Origin: Alphaproteobacteria bacterium
Lineage (GTDB): Bacteria; Pseudomonadota; Alphaproteobacteria; UBA7887
Direction: 5' to 3'
NCBI GenBank assembly: GCA_965216755.1
Contig: CBDCGL010000011.1
Span: 3,264,001-3,328,000 of the forward strand
DNA: 64,000 bases
The notes under the pieces are model-generated. The model was not told the origin of the DNA. It saw only the letters and a program-made list of their open reading frames with translations, and searched no databases. Shown one piece after another: positions 50,789 through 62,867 of the stretch (the first letter of the stretch is position 1; each line of letters begins with the position of its first letter). The translations under genes were made by a program, and so were the position numbers.

Positions 50789-51724
50789 CTATTCGGCGCT
50801 TGGGCTGCTGTGGAATTTCCGTTCGACGGGGCGTTCTTCATCGGCGCTCCATTCAGCCATCGACCCGTCGTACACGCGCGCACGGTCATTGCCGAGCAGC
50901 GCGTGGCTGACAAACCAACCCAAGGTTGCCATTTGCCCGGTACTGCAAAAACTGATCTGGGGCTGGTCGATGGTGATCCCCAGATGGGCGTAGATCTGAC
51001 GCAGGGTGGCTTGGTCGTGAAATCGACCGTCAGGGCTGGTTAGCCACGAGATTGGCAAGTTTTCGGCATTGGGGATAGTGCCGGGCCGGGCGACGACGGA
51101 CGATGCGTTGATGCCGACAAAGTCGGCCGATTCGCGGTTGTCGATCAGCACCGCATCCGGTTCCCCATCGACGCCGACGGGTAACTCCGCCGCCGCGGCG
51201 ACCAAATGATGCGACAGGCTGGTGACATAATTGGTTGCGGTCGGGACTGGCGGCTCACCTTTTTGCACGGGCCGGTCCAAATCGGCCCGATAGGCCGCCA
51301 TACCGCCGTTCAGTAACGAAACATCCCGATGGCCGACAACCTTAAAGGTCCAAAAAACGCGCGTCGCCGGGGTCATCGCTCGTGCACTGCCGCCCGCCGC
51401 CACGATCACCACATGGTCGGTGTTTCGAATGCCAAGACCGGCAATGACACCGCCAATGTGATCGATGGTCGGCAACATGCCCGGGACCTCGTCGATTGTC
51501 GTCCGCCAGGTGCCGTCTTGATACGGCAAGTAGCGCGCGCAGGGCACATGGGCACGGGCGTAAGCGCGAGGACTGCGCCGAACATCGATCACGGCAATGC
51601 CTTTATCGCAGCTGTGGGTGGCCAGCCAGCTTGCTTCGACCAACGGTTCCGTGGCCTGCGCCGCCACGGCAAGATGGGTCCCGATCAAAGCGATTGCGGC
51701 CAGCGATACCATCCAACGTGCCAT
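50789..51724 (-). CDS. exported two-domain rhodanese/sulfurtransferase
   Basis: Signal peptide; IDVRR, HVPCA, LLNGG, PGTIPNA, active site FCSTGQMA, VYDGSMAEW. Confidence 0.88.
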   Translation of the reverse strand: MARWMVSLAAIALIGTHLAVAAQATEPLVEASWLATHSCDKGIAVIDVRRSPRAYARAHVPCARYLPYQDGTWRTTIDEVPGMLPTIDHIGGVIAGLGIRNTDHVVIVAAGGSARAMTPATRVFWTFKVVGHRDVSLLNGGMAAYRADLDRPVQKGEPPVPTATNYVTSLSHHLVAAAAELPVGVDGEPDAVLIDNRESADFVGINASSVVARPGTIPNAENLPISWLTSPDGRFHDQATLRQIYAHLGITIDQPQISFCSTGQMATLGWFVSHALLGNDRARVYDGSMAEWSADEERPVERKFHSSPSAE

Positions 51725-52006
51725 GGGTTGGTCCTTTGCGATGAGGGCTCAGCGATCGTGCCGGGCGAATTTCATTGGCGCCATGGGCGGGTTCGGCTGG
51801 CCAAAATTTGCAACGATCCATACATACACTACACCAGCCGCGGTTCTTGCTCATAATGGACCCCTGCGATCGCGCCGGACCGTGACCGTCGCGTCGGGGC
51901 CCATCCGGGGACCGCCGGCCCAACGGCGCGCCTATCTTGTGCGGTCGGACAGCAACTTGTTGACTCGTGCAGGGCGCGGCGTGCCAGGTGCGATGGGGCG
52001 GGAAAA

Positions 52007-55000
52007 ATGGAAGTCAGGCAGAGGTCTGCAAAAGACGATCTGATCGGCGCAGTTATGCAGATTGCGGAACAGCGCGTGCCGGAAGACAGGCGCGCAGAGG
52101 CACAGCTGTTCATCCACCAATATTATCGACGCCTGCCGCATGAGGATTTAGAGGGGCGCTCGCCGGAGGACCTTTATTTCGCCGCGCTGTCCATGCTCAA
52201 TTTTATCCGTACGCGCGAAGCCCATCACGACAAACTGCGAGTCTACAATCCAGACATCGATGCCGATGGCTGGTCGTCGACCCATTCTGTGATCGATCTG
52301 GTGACCGGCGACCGGCCATTTTTGGTCGATTCACTCACTGCCACGCTCAACCAAAGCGATATCGCCATTTATTTGGTTGTGCATCCGAATATCCGCGTGC
52401 GTCGCTCGGATAAGGGCGTGCTGGAGGAACTCTACCCGCCCAGCCTGGCGGCCAAGGAGATGCGCTCGGAAGCCGTTATCCGGCTCGAGGTCAGCCGCCA
52501 TTCGGACGCCGAGAGCTTGGCTGCCCTGGAAGCCAAACTGCAGCAGGTGTTGTCGGACGTGCGCATCGCCACGAGCGATTGGCAGCACATGCAGAACCAG
52601 CTTGAAGGCGCCCTTGGTGAATTGCGCGAAACTGCGAAATCGGCCAATGCCGCCGACCTCGACGAAACTGTGGCCTTCCTGGACTGGCTGCTCGACAACC
52701 ATTTCACGTTCCTCGGCTATCGCAGCTATGACCTGGCGCACGCTGATGGCGGCATTGCTTGGCAGCCGCGCGAGGGTGAGTCCCTGGGGCTGCTGCGCGA
52801 CACCGCACATTGGGAGCACACCGAGGATAGCGCGCCGGACCGTGGTGTTCCGCAGGAAGTGTTGGCTTATTTACGCAGCGGCGGCTTGTTGATGATCACC
52901 AAGACCCGCCGCGTCTCGACCGTGCATCGTCCGGTACCCATGGATTCGATCGGAATCAAACGTTTCGGACCCGACGGCAGTGTGATCGGCGCCCATCGCT
53001 TTGTCGGTCTGTTCACATCGGCCGCCTACAACCAATCACCGACCAAGATTCCGCTGCTGCGCCAAAAGGTTGCCATCGCGGTGGCCCGGGCCGGCTTTCA
53101 GGCCGCGAGCCATGACGGCAAAATACTCACCAATATCTTGGAGACCTATCCGCGCGACGAACTGTTCCAGATTTCCGACGACGAGTTGCTTGAGGCCAGC
53201 CTGGGCGTGCTGCATCTGCAGGAACGGCCACGAATTCGCTTGTTCGTAAGGCGCGATTCGTTTGAACGGTTTGTGTCTTGCTTGGTTTTCGTACCGCGGG
53301 ATCGATATGACTCGTCGCTGCGGCGTGTGTTCAGTCAGATCTTGGAAGACGCCTTCAACGGCATCTGCGACAGCTTTTATGCCAAGCTCAGCGATCATCC
53401 GTTGGCCCAGCTTCACATCATCGTCCATACGGTCGCTGGGCAAATACCGAACTTTCAAGTTTCGGACATCGAGGCACGTATCATTGCCGCGGCGCGGGGC
53501 TGGGAGGACCAGTTCCGCGAGGCGCTGTTGGTGGCCCACGACGAACATCTTGCGGCGGTCCTGGAACGGCGCTATGGCGACGCATTTCCGGCCGGTTATC
53601 GGGAACGATTTGGCGTCCGCCACGCGGTCTTCGACACCGAACGCGTCGAAGCCGCGATCGCCGCCGACAAGCCTGAGCTGAACTTGTATCGGCCGCCCGA
53701 GTCGCCGGACAATGAAGCCCGTTTCAAGATCTATCAGCCAAACATCGCTTTGCCGCTGTCAGACGTGCTGCCGGTGCTGGAGAATATGGGGCTCAAGGTC
53801 ATCAACGAGTTCCCCTATCGCCTCGCGCCGAGCGACGGCACGGCCGAAGTTTGGATCCACGACTTCGGTGTCAAGGATCGCTCGGACACGACCATAGATA
53901 TCGCCGCGGTTAAGGCCGCGTTCCAGGACGCGTTCGGCCAGGTATGGCATGGCCGGGTGGAGAATGACGGCTTTAACCGTTTGATCGTCCGCGCCGGTTT
54001 GTCGTGGCGCCAGATCGTGATCCTGCGCGCCTACTGCAAATATTTGCGCCAGGCGAAGATCCCATTCAGCCAAGACTACATGGAGCAGACGCTGACATCG
54101 CAACCGCGTGTGGCGCGTTTGTTGGTCGAATTCTTTGATTGCCGATTCAACCCGAAGACGGGATCGGAAGAGCGTGCCGGCGCGATCGAGACGGAGATCA
54201 TCGCGGCGCTCGACGACATCAGCAACCTGGATGACGACCGCATCATCCGACGATACCTCAACATCATCAAGGCGACGCTGCGCACCAACTACTACCAGAG
54301 TGATGCCGATGGCACGCCGAAACCCTACCTGTCGTTCAAAATCGACAGTGCGGCGGTCACCGATTTGCCGCTGCCGCGGCCCATGGCCGAGATATGGGTT
54401 TACGCGGTTGGCACCGAGGGCGTGCATTTGCGTGGCGGCCCGGTGGCGCGCGGTGGCTTGCGCTGGTCCGATCGCCCGGAAGATTTCAGGACCGAAGTTC
54501 TCGGTTTGATGAAAGCGCAGATGGTCAAGAATTCGGTGATCGTGCCGGTGGGCGCCAAGGGCGGCTTTGTCGTCAAGCGGCCGCCCGTGGGCGCCGATCG
54601 CGAGACGTTGATGGCCGAGGTCGTGTCGTGCTACCGGACTTTCATTAGTGGGCTATTGGATATCACCGACAATCTGGTCGAAGGCCAGGTTGTGCCGCCG
54701 CAAGACCTGTTGCGCTATGACGGCGACGACCCGTATTTGGTGGTCGCCGCGGACAAGGGCACAGCAACCTTTTCCGATATCGCCAATGAAACAGCATTGG
54801 CGTATGGCTTTTGGCTCGGCGATGCGTTCGCCAGCGGCGGCTCCGCGGGTTATGACCACAAGAAGATGGGCATCACGGCGCGCGGCGCTTGGGAATCGGT
54901 CAAACGCCATTTCCGGGAGTTCGGTCACGATACGCAGAACGCGCCTTTCACGGTGATCGGCGTCGGTGATATGTCGGGCGACGTGTTCGGCAATGGCATG

Positions 55001-56836
55001 TTGCTTTCGCCGCACATCAAATTACAGGCTGCGTTCAACCATCTTCACATATTTGTCGACCCTGATCCCGAACCGGCTGGGAGTTTTGCCGAGCGCAAAC
55101 GGTTGTTCGAACTGACGCGTTCGTCGTGGAGTGACTACGATACCGCACTCATTTCGACGGGTGGCGGTGTATTCGACCGCAAGGCGAAGGCGATATCCCT
55201 GAGCGCAGAAATGCAAAAGCTGGTTGGCGCCACGAAAGAGTCGATGACACCAAACGAGTTCATTTCCGCTTTGCTCAGGGCGCCGGTGGATCTGTTGTGG
55301 AACGGCGGCATCGGCACCTATGTCAAGGCGCACGACGAAAGCGATGCACAGGTTGGCGACCGCGCCAATGATGCGTTGCGCGTCGACGCGCGTGACCTGC
55401 GCTGTCGTGTCATTGGCGAAGGCGGCAATTTGGGGCTGACCCAACGCGCCCGAATCGAAGCAGCCAGCCGGGGCGTCAAGGTCAATACCGATGCGATCGA
55501 CAATTCGGCCGGTGTCGATTGCTCCGACCATGAAGTCAACATCAAGATCTTGCTGGGTGAAATTGTCACCGCCGGCGATATGACCATGAAGCAGCGCGAC
55601 CAACTGTTGGTCGATATGACCGATGACGTGGCGGCTTCTTGTTTGCGCGACAATTATTTGCAAAGCCAAGGTATATCGGTGATTGAAAGCCAAGGCGCGG
55701 AACGGTTGGCTTATCAGGCGCGCCTGATGCAATCGATGGAACGTGCGGGGTTACTTGATCGCGCGATCGAGTTCCTGCCCGACTCGGAAGAAATCGAAGA
55801 ACGTCGGGTGGCCAAACGCGGATTGACCCGTCCGGAGATCTCGGTGTTGTTCGCCTATGTCAAGAACGCGTTGTACGATGAGTTGCTGGCCTCGGATTTG
55901 CCGGACGATGCGTATTTGGAAGGCGATTTGATCGATTATTTCCCCAAGGCGTTGCGCAAGAAATACGCGCGCCGGATCAAGAGCCATCGCTTGCGGCGCG
56001 AGATCATTGCGACCCACGTTGCCAATAGCTTGATCAACCGGTCGAGCATGGTGTTCCCGCTGATGGCCGCCGAGCAAACCGGGCAAGCGGCGGCCAACGT
56101 GGCGCGCGCTTATGTGGTGACCCGCGAGGCGTTCGACCTGCGACGGTTCTGGGCCGACATCGACGGCCTGGACAATCATGTGCCCGCCGATGTGCAAACG
56201 CGCATGATCTTTGCCTTCCGCCGGTTGATGGAGCATGCTTGCCTGTGGTTCCTGCGCGAGCAACCACAGCCGATGGACAGCGCCGCCGTGATTGCGCGTT
56301 TCAAGCCGGGCATCAGCGAATTGTTGGGCATGCTCGACGATGTGCTGCCGTTGACGGCGCAACGCGATGTCGAATCGCGTGCAACGGCGCTCGGCGCCGA
56401 AGGGGTCCCGGACTCGCTGGCGCGCGTGGTCAGCGCTGTCAACGCACTCTATGGTGCCGTCGATATCGTCGAAGTGGCCAACGCCGCCAATCAAGACGTG
56501 CGGCAAACGGCGATGACATATTACGGTTTGGGGGATCGCTTAGGCTACGACTGGTTGCGTGCCGGCGCGCGCGACCTGAAGACCGAAAGCCATTGGCAGC
56601 GGCAAGCGGCGAACGCTCTGATCGACGATATCTATGCGCAACAACGGGCTTTGACCGCGCAAGTCATTGCCGACGGCGGCACCGGCGATGGTGCCATCGA
56701 AGCCTGGTTCGACGCCAAGCATGAGTCGGTCGAGGCGACCGAGCATCTGATGAGTGAAATGCGTTCCGCACGGTCGGTCGAACTTGCCATGCTGACCGTC
56801 GCCAGCGGCCGCATGCGCGCTTTGCTGTCGCGGTAA
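52007..56836 (+). CDS. NAD-specific glutamate dehydrogenase, large form
   Basis: 1609 aa; ARGGLRWSDR, PVGAKGGF, DDPYLVVAADKGTA, GYDHKKMGITARG, GVGDMSGDVFGNG, DNSAGVDCSDHEVNIKI. Confidence 0.96.
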   Translation: MEVRQRSAKDDLIGAVMQIAEQRVPEDRRAEAQLFIHQYYRRLPHEDLEGRSPEDLYFAALSMLNFIRTREAHHDKLRVYNPDIDADGWSSTHSVIDLVTGDRPFLVDSLTATLNQSDIAIYLVVHPNIRVRRSDKGVLEELYPPSLAAKEMRSEAVIRLEVSRHSDAESLAALEAKLQQVLSDVRIATSDWQHMQNQLEGALGELRETAKSANAADLDETVAFLDWLLDNHFTFLGYRSYDLAHADGGIAWQPREGESLGLLRDTAHWEHTEDSAPDRGVPQEVLAYLRSGGLLMITKTRRVSTVHRPVPMDSIGIKRFGPDGSVIGAHRFVGLFTSAAYNQSPTKIPLLRQKVAIAVARAGFQAASHDGKILTNILETYPRDELFQISDDELLEASLGVLHLQERPRIRLFVRRDSFERFVSCLVFVPRDRYDSSLRRVFSQILEDAFNGICDSFYAKLSDHPLAQLHIIVHTVAGQIPNFQVSDIEARIIAAARGWEDQFREALLVAHDEHLAAVLERRYGDAFPAGYRERFGVRHAVFDTERVEAAIAADKPELNLYRPPESPDNEARFKIYQPNIALPLSDVLPVLENMGLKVINEFPYRLAPSDGTAEVWIHDFGVKDRSDTTIDIAAVKAAFQDAFGQVWHGRVENDGFNRLIVRAGLSWRQIVILRAYCKYLRQAKIPFSQDYMEQTLTSQPRVARLLVEFFDCRFNPKTGSEERAGAIETEIIAALDDISNLDDDRIIRRYLNIIKATLRTNYYQSDADGTPKPYLSFKIDSAAVTDLPLPRPMAEIWVYAVGTEGVHLRGGPVARGGLRWSDRPEDFRTEVLGLMKAQMVKNSVIVPVGAKGGFVVKRPPVGADRETLMAEVVSCYRTFISGLLDITDNLVEGQVVPPQDLLRYDGDDPYLVVAADKGTATFSDIANETALAYGFWLGDAFASGGSAGYDHKKMGITARGAWESVKRHFREFGHDTQNAPFTVIGVGDMSGDVFGNGMLLSPHIKLQAAFNHLHIFVDPDPEPAGSFAERKRLFELTRSSWSDYDTALISTGGGVFDRKAKAISLSAEMQKLVGATKESMTPNEFISALLRAPVDLLWNGGIGTYVKAHDESDAQVGDRANDALRVDARDLRCRVIGEGGNLGLTQRARIEAASRGVKVNTDAIDNSAGVDCSDHEVNIKILLGEIVTAGDMTMKQRDQLLVDMTDDVAASCLRDNYLQSQGISVIESQGAERLAYQARLMQSMERAGLLDRAIEFLPDSEEIEERRVAKRGLTRPEISVLFAYVKNALYDELLASDLPDDAYLEGDLIDYFPKALRKKYARRIKSHRLRREIIATHVANSLINRSSMVFPLMAAEQTGQAAANVARAYVVTREAFDLRRFWADIDGLDNHVPADVQTRMIFAFRRLMEHACLWFLREQPQPMDSAAVIARFKPGISELLGMLDDVLPLTAQRDVESRATALGAEGVPDSLARVVSAVNALYGAVDIVEVANAANQDVRQTAMTYYGLGDRLGYDWLRAGARDLKTESHWQRQAANALIDDIYAQQRALTAQVIADGGTGDGAIEAWFDAKHESVEATEHLMSEMRSARSVELAMLTVASGRMRALLSR

Positions 56837-56961
56837 ACATCCCTTCACCCCTGGCGGGCGCCGGTGGCGCGCGCCCTGCGCGGCAGAATTGATTCAATAT
56901 TGTTGGTCACTGCTCTAAGGTCACCGGTCTGAGTATTGCGCCTATTGAAAGGGGGCGGCGG

Positions 56962-58290
56962 ATGCGGCAGGGGCGTGAACGGGCGGCGCATCCGCCCATG
57001 GGCGCGGGTTGGCGGGGTGCCGCGGCATGGTGCCTGTTCGACTGGGCCAACTCGCCGTTCCCGACAGTGATCGTCACTTTCGTTTTTGGGGTCTATTTTC
57101 AGCGCGGCATCGTTGGCGACGAAGTGCGGGCGACCGCGCTTTGGGGCAACGCGCTGGCGGTGAGTGCATTCGTGGTTGCCGTGCTGGCGCCGTTTTTTGG
57201 CGCAGCCGCCGACGCCGCCGGCCGGCGCAAGCCTTGGCTGTTGGCATGCGCGATGGTCACCATTGTGGCGACTGCGGGCCTATGGACCGCGACGCCGGTT
57301 CCGGAATCGATTTGGCGCACGCTGATATTGGTGGCGGTGGCCAACATAGGTTTCGAACTCGGCATGGTGTTTTACAATGCCATGTTGCCGGATCTGGCGC
57401 CGGCCGACCGCGTCGGCCGATTGTCAGGCTGGGCTTGGGGCCTTGGATATTTCGGCGGTCTGGCTTGTTTGGTCGTGACGCTGTTTGGCCTGGTCCAAAC
57501 CGATACGCCGCCATTTGGTCTCGACCCGGCAGAGGCCGAGCCAGTGCGCGCGGCTGCCATTTTGGTCGCGGTGTGGTTTGTAGTTTTCGGCTGGCCGATG
57601 TTTGCGTTTACGCCGGACCGACCCGACCAGGGTCTCGGTTTGTCCAAGGCGTTGGCGCAAGGGTGGCGGCGGCTTGGCACCGGCATCGCCTATCTGCGGC
57701 AAGCCCCCAACATGCTGCGGTTCTTGATCGCGCGCATGATTTATATCGATGGCTTGAACACCCTGTTCGCCTTTGGCGGCATTTATGCGGCGGGCAGTTT
57801 CGGCATGGAAATGATCGAAGTGCTGCAATTCGGAATCGCATTAAATATCGCGGCCGGGATCGGCGCCGTCGGCTTCGCCTGGGTCGACGATTGGATCGGT
57901 GCCAAGCGAACCATCGTCATTTCATTGTTGTGTTTGATTGGCCTGGGCGTGGCGATCTTGTCGGTGGAAAGCAAGGTGCTGTTTTGGGGTCTTGGTCTGG
58001 CGATCGGAATTTTCATGGGCCCTGTGCAGTCGGCGAGTCGCTCGCTGATGGCGCGACTGGCGCCGGAAGAGTTGTGCACCGAAATGTTCGGCGTGTTTGC
58101 CTTGACCGGCAAGGCGACCGCGTTTGTCGGGCCGTGGTTGGTTGGCGCGTTGACCGTGTTGGGCGACAGCCAACGCGTCGGCATGGCCAGCATCGTGGTG
58201 TTTTTCGCGGTCGGTTTGGTGTTGCTTTTGTCGGTGGTCGAACCGGATGCCGGCCAGCGCGCTAGTGTCGGAAGTGGCGAACGCCCGTGA
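56962..58290 (+). CDS. MFS transporter (UMF1/BtlA-like)
   Basis: [40 protein letters not shown]; about 12 TM helices; start may be 56998. Confidence 0.9.
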   Translation: MRQGRERAAHPPMGAGWRGAAAWCLFDWANSPFPTVIVTFVFGVYFQRGIVGDEVRATALWGNALAVSAFVVAVLAPFFGAAADAAGRRKPWLLACAMVTIVATAGLWTATPVPESIWRTLILVAVANIGFELGMVFYNAMLPDLAPADRVGRLSGWAWGLGYFGGLACLVVTLFGLVQTDTPPFGLDPAEAEPVRAAAILVAVWFVVFGWPMFAFTPDRPDQGLGLSKALAQGWRRLGTGIAYLRQAPNMLRFLIARMIYIDGLNTLFAFGGIYAAGSFGMEMIEVLQFGIALNIAAGIGAVGFAWVDDWIGAKRTIVISLLCLIGLGVAILSVESKVLFWGLGLAIGIFMGPVQSASRSLMARLAPEELCTEMFGVFALTGKATAFVGPWLVGALTVLGDSQRVGMASIVVFFAVGLVLLLSVVEPDAGQRASVGSGERP

Positions 58291-59842
58291 ACACCATGGC
58301 GATGTCGCGCGCGTCGGCGGCGGCAATCACCTCGTCGTCGCGCACCGATCCGCCGGGTTGAATGATCGCCGTGGCGCCGGCGTCGGCGGCGGCGATCAAG
58401 CCGTCGGCAAATGGGAAGAACGCATCTGAGGCGACCACGGAATCGCGCGTGCGCGCGCCTGTTTCACCAGCCGCGCTGGCCGCGTCTGCTGCTTTCAGCG
58501 CGGCAATTCGGGTGGAATCGACGCGACTCATTTGGCCCGCGCCGATGCCGACGGTGGCGCCGTCGCGGGCAAACACGATGGCGTTTGACTTGACATGTTT
58601 GCAGACAGTGAAGGCGAAGCGCATGGTTTCGATTTCCGCGTCGGTTGGGGCGCGTTTGCTGACCACACGCAGGTCGTCATGTGCCAGCCGGTGATGATCG
58701 CCGTCTTGCACCAATAGGCCGCCGGCGACGGCCTTGACGACAGTTGCCACCGCCGGATCAGGCATCGAGCCGGTCAACAACAGACGCAGGTTCTTCTTTT
58801 CGGCGAACACGGCACGCGCGTTGTCGTCGGCCGCCGGCGCGATGACGACTTCGGTGAATATTCCGGTGATGGCGGCGGCGGTGGCGCCATCCAATGGGCG
58901 ATTGACCGCGACGATACCCCCAAATGCACTGACCGGATCGCAGGCGTGGGCACGGGCGTAGGCATCGGCAAGCGTCGCACCGATGGCGACGCCGCACGGA
59001 TTGGCGTGTTTGACGATCACCGTTGCCGGCTGTTCGAATTCGGCGGCCAGCGCAAATGCCGCGTCGGTATCGTTGATATTGTTGTAGCTCAGCTCTTTGC
59101 CTTGCACTTGTTCGGCCGTGGCGACACTCGGCTGGGCGCGGTCGGACACATAAAACGCGGCGCGTTGATGGGGGTTTTCGCCATAACGCAAGTCTTGTCG
59201 GCGGCTGCCGCCGAACGCCACATGGCGCGGAAACGGTTCGCCGACTTGGGCACTGAACCAGCCACTGACCGCCGCATCATAAGCGGCCGTGCGCGCGTAG
59301 GCGGCCGCCGCCAGGAGACGGCGCAAATCCGCGCTGATGGCACCGCCGCGGGCGGTGAGTTCGTCAAGCACCGTTTGATAGTCCGCCGGGTCGGTGACCA
59401 CGGTCACGAAGGCATGGTTCTTTGCGGCCGCGCGGATCAATGCCGGGCCGCCAATGTCGATATTCTCGATACACGCAGCGAAATCGCCACCACCTGCGAC
59501 GGTGTTCTCGAACGGGTACAAATTGACGACCACCAAATCGATCGTCGGCACGTCATGTGCCAGCAAAGCATCTTGGTGCGACGCCATGTCGCGGCGCGCC
59601 AGGATGCCGCCATGGATGGATGGGTGCAGCGTCTTCACGCGCCCGTCGAGAATCTCCGGGAATCCGGTGACGCGCGCAACGTCTTGCACCGCAACTCCGG
59701 CTTCGGCCAATTGTCGCGCCGAACCGCCGGTTGAGATCAATTCAATGCCACGATCGGCAAGCGCGCGTGCAAAAGGAACCAGATCGCGCTTGTCGGACAC
59801 GGACAATAGCGCGCGCCGAATGATGGGGTCGGATGCCGTCAT
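58262..59842 (-). CDS. purH: bifunctional AICAR transformylase/IMP cyclohydrolase
   Basis: [55 protein letters not shown]. Confidence 0.98.
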   Translation of the reverse strand: MTASDPIIRRALLSVSDKRDLVPFARALADRGIELISTGGSARQLAEAGVAVQDVARVTGFPEILDGRVKTLHPSIHGGILARRDMASHQDALLAHDVPTIDLVVVNLYPFENTVAGGGDFAACIENIDIGGPALIRAAAKNHAFVTVVTDPADYQTVLDELTARGGAISADLRRLLAAAAYARTAAYDAAVSGWFSAQVGEPFPRHVAFGGSRRQDLRYGENPHQRAAFYVSDRAQPSVATAEQVQGKELSYNNINDTDAAFALAAEFEQPATVIVKHANPCGVAIGATLADAYARAHACDPVSAFGGIVAVNRPLDGATAAAITGIFTEVVIAPAADDNARAVFAEKKNLRLLLTGSMPDPAVATVVKAVAGGLLVQDGDHHRLAHDDLRVVSKRAPTDAEIETMRFAFTVCKHVKSNAIVFARDGATVGIGAGQMSRVDSTRIAALKAADAASAAGETGARTRDSVVASDAFFPFADGLIAAADAGATAIIQPGGSVRDDEVIAAADARDIAMVFTGVRHFRH

Positions 59843-59879
59843 AAGCCAAACGCCTTGGTCATTCGTGAAGGTGGCGACT

Positions 59880-61784
59880 TTATTGGACCGCCGAAACAGG
59901 TTCGTCGTCGCCGCGATGGTATTCCGGCACCAACAGGGTCAATAGACCTAAGGCGGCATCGACTCGCCGGTGACGGGCATGCGCTTCCAGTTCCTCCAAC
60001 CGTCGCTCCAGGAGTTCGGCATCGGCGGCCCTTGGCGTCGCGAACCGGATCGACTCGTGCGGCGTCGGTTGTAGCGTCTCGCTCTCGTGAAAAAGTTGCT
60101 CATGCAATTTCTCGCCGGGCCGCAAACCGACATAGCTGATGCCGACGTCGACACCCGGACGTAGTCCGGCGAGGCGTATCATCTGGCGCGCCAGGTCATC
60201 AATCCGCAGCGGCGCGCCCATCTCCAACACAAAGATGCCGCGGCCATGACCCGCACCGCCTAGGCCCATGGCCGTTGCTTGCAAGACCAGCTCAACCGCC
60301 TCACGTGTGGTCATGAAATAGCGCGTCATCTCGGGATGGGTCACGGTCAAGGGCCCACCGGCGGCAAGTTGCTTTTGGAACAGTGGCACGACCGAGCCGG
60401 TCGAGCCCAAGACATTGCCGAAGCGCACCGTGACAAAACGCGTCTCGGTGTCGGCGACACCATCCAGGGCTTGGCAATAGCTTTCGGCGAGGCGCTTGGT
60501 CGCGCCCATGACGCTGCTGGGATTGACGGCCTTGTCGGTTGAGATCAGCAACATCGCCGCCACGCCGGCGGCGCGGCTGGCGGCGGCGACGTTGCGCGTG
60601 CCGATCACGTTGGTCAGCACGCTTTCGCAGATATTGGTTTCGGCGATCGGGACATGTTTGATCGCCGCGGCGTGCAAGACCAAATCCGGTGATTCCTGGG
60701 CAAACAATTGCCGCAAACGGCCAGAATCGCGGACATCACCCAACACGGCACGGCGCGATAGACCGGCGGCGCGGGCCGCGATCTCTTGGTCGATCTGGTA
60801 TAGGTTGAATTCGGCGTTATCGAGCAGAACCACGCGTTTGGGACCGTAGCCAACCACTTGACGGGTCAACTCGCCGCCGATCGTGCCGCCAGCGCCGGTT
60901 ACCAAAATACAACGACCGCCGATGAGGCGCGCCATGGCGTCACGGTCCAGGCGCACCTGCGGGCGGCCAAGCAAGTCTTCGATGGCCACTGGCTTGATCT
61001 CAAGTTTGGCGCCGCCTTCGGCGCGGAAATCGGTAAGCCGTGGCAGCCGCGCCAGGGTCATGCCATGGGCATCGGCGGTTTCCAGCAGGCGGCCCACCGT
61101 GGCGCCGTCGGCATGGGGGTCCGATATCAACAACCGGCGCGGAGGATGGCCTTTGCGCCTGAGCTTGCGCAGCTGATCGTCGAGCGTGTCGGGCGTGCCG
61201 AGCACCGGGACGCCGTGAATATGTCGCCCGGTGGCGCGGGGGTCGTCATCGACCAAACCAACCACCCGATAGCGTTGACCAGGCCGCTGCATTTCGCGCA
61301 AGAACAGTTCCGCCATGTCGCCGGCGCCGATTAGCACCACCGGTACGCGCTGGTCAAAGGTCGGATCGGCAATACCGGTCAAATTGCCATCCTTGAGCAA
61401 CCGGTAGGCAAGCCGCGGCCCGCCCAGCAGCAAAACCAAAACCAGCCAATTGATCGCCAGGGTCGAGCGCGGCATGGCGTCCAGTCGGGTCAACAAAAAC
61501 ATGCCGAGCAGGAACACCAACATGATGATCGTCGCCGCCTTGGCGATGGCCATCAAGTCGTTGATCGAGGCATAGCGCCACACGCCGCGATACAGATGCA
61601 TGCCCGAAAAGACGGCGCCGCTGACCACGGTGAAAATCACCGTGCCTTCCCACAAAAAGCCCTGGGTTTGGTTCCAGAACTCGTCGCCCAGGCGAAGATA
61701 AAGCGACAGCACAAAGGATGCCGCGGCCATGACCAAATCATGAACCGCGGCCGCCCGCCGTCTGTCGAAACGAATGGCCATCAT
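59880..61784 (-). CDS. nucleoside-diphosphate sugar epimerase/dehydratase (CapD/WbpM-like polysaccharide biosynthesis protein)
   Basis: N-terminal TM segments; [48 protein letters not shown]. Confidence 0.92.
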   Translation of the reverse strand: MMAIRFDRRRAAAVHDLVMAAASFVLSLYLRLGDEFWNQTQGFLWEGTVIFTVVSGAVFSGMHLYRGVWRYASINDLMAIAKAATIIMLVFLLGMFLLTRLDAMPRSTLAINWLVLVLLLGGPRLAYRLLKDGNLTGIADPTFDQRVPVVLIGAGDMAELFLREMQRPGQRYRVVGLVDDDPRATGRHIHGVPVLGTPDTLDDQLRKLRRKGHPPRRLLISDPHADGATVGRLLETADAHGMTLARLPRLTDFRAEGGAKLEIKPVAIEDLLGRPQVRLDRDAMARLIGGRCILVTGAGGTIGGELTRQVVGYGPKRVVLLDNAEFNLYQIDQEIAARAAGLSRRAVLGDVRDSGRLRQLFAQESPDLVLHAAAIKHVPIAETNICESVLTNVIGTRNVAAASRAAGVAAMLLISTDKAVNPSSVMGATKRLAESYCQALDGVADTETRFVTVRFGNVLGSTGSVVPLFQKQLAAGGPLTVTHPEMTRYFMTTREAVELVLQATAMGLGGAGHGRGIFVLEMGAPLRIDDLARQMIRLAGLRPGVDVGISYVGLRPGEKLHEQLFHESETLQPTPHESIRFATPRAADAELLERRLEELEAHARHRRVDAALGLLTLLVPEYHRGDDEPVSAVQ

Positions 61785-61843
61785 GTGTTGTCGGGCGTCT
61801 TTTCGTGTCGTGTCAATATCTGGTGCGTCACGGCGGGAATCAC

Positions 61844-62860
61844 TCAAGGTGTTGGCGCCCGTGCGGCGCGCTGAAGGTACCATAACAATCCGGCGACCAA
61901 CACCGCGCTGATGCATCCAGCCGCAACCATGACCGGCAAGGTGCCATGGGCGGTCGCCGCGGCGGCGCAGCCGATCAGTCCAAGATTGACCCACGCCACG
62001 CGGCGGCTGACCGCGGCATGGCTGAGGCCACCTTGAACCGCGCGCTGATAGAAATGTTCGCGGTGGGCACGCCAGACTGCCTGACCGCGGTGGGCGCGCG
62101 CGCCGAGCGTGAGGGTCGCGTCGGCCCAATAGTAGGCCGGCACGATCAGCGCCGGCAGCCAGTGGCCGCGCGCCGCCAAGTCGAGCACGATCCAACCCAA
62201 AACAAAGCCAAGCGGAATGCTGCCGACATCGCCCAAAAAAATGCGCGCCGGATGCCAATTCCAATGGACGAAACCGATCGCGGCGGCGGCGACCAACAGA
62301 TGGAACAGGATATGATCGGACGAGGCACCAGCGAGCGCCAGAACCACGGCCGCGCCCAGGGCCACGGATGTGGTTTCAACGGCGGCGAGACCGTCGATGC
62401 CGTCCATGAAATTGAACAGATTTAGAAACCAAACCCACAATACGCCCGCCACAAGCGCATCGAGCGCCGCGGGCAACAGGCCTTGAAAAACCGGGCCAAG
62501 CGGCTGCAACCACAGCACAAGACCAATGATCACAATGTGGCTGGCCAGGCGCAGCCAGGGCGGCAGCTCGCGCACGTCATCAAGCCATGACAGAATCGCC
62601 AGAATCGCCGCGCCAACCACCAAATAGGGGATCATGGCCGGCGCGTGCCAGCCCAACGACAGACTCACCAGGGCACAGGCCAGAACCGCCATGACAACGG
62701 CCAGACCGGCTCCGCGCGGCGTTGGCCTGGTGTGACTGGAGCGCGCGTTGGGATGGTCCAGCACCGCGCCGCGGATTAAAACGCGCGCCAAAAGTGCGGT
62801 GCCCGCCGCCGACAAGGCCGCGCACAACACGACAATCGCGGTGAGGGCAAGGTCCGACAT
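61844..62860 (-). CDS. MraY/WecA-type glycosyltransferase family 4 (WbpL-like)
   Basis: DHPNARSSH..PTPRGAG, WLDD, NLFNFMDGIDG, IFLGDVGS, AHREHFYQ. Confidence 0.9.
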   Translation of the reverse strand: MSDLALTAIVVLCAALSAAGTALLARVLIRGAVLDHPNARSSHTRPTPRGAGLAVVMAVLACALVSLSLGWHAPAMIPYLVVGAAILAILSWLDDVRELPPWLRLASHIVIIGLVLWLQPLGPVFQGLLPAALDALVAGVLWVWFLNLFNFMDGIDGLAAVETTSVALGAAVVLALAGASSDHILFHLLVAAAAIGFVHWNWHPARIFLGDVGSIPLGFVLGWIVLDLAARGHWLPALIVPAYYWADATLTLGARAHRGQAVWRAHREHFYQRAVQGGLSHAAVSRRVAWVNLGLIGCAAAATAHGTLPVMVAAGCISAVLVAGLLWYLQRAARAPTP

Positions 62861-62867
62861 GTTGCGA

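Noticed and set aside
50837-50851. TTCATCGGCGCTCCA resembling the tRNA 3' end (possible attR)
   Set aside because: Short, imperfect (indel plus mismatches) and inside the rhodanese coding sequence; likely chance
57009-58265. 418-aa alternative-frame ORF overlapping the MFS gene
   Set aside because: Arg/Gly-rich frame-shift shadow of a hydrophobic GC-rich gene; the MFS frame carries the family motifs
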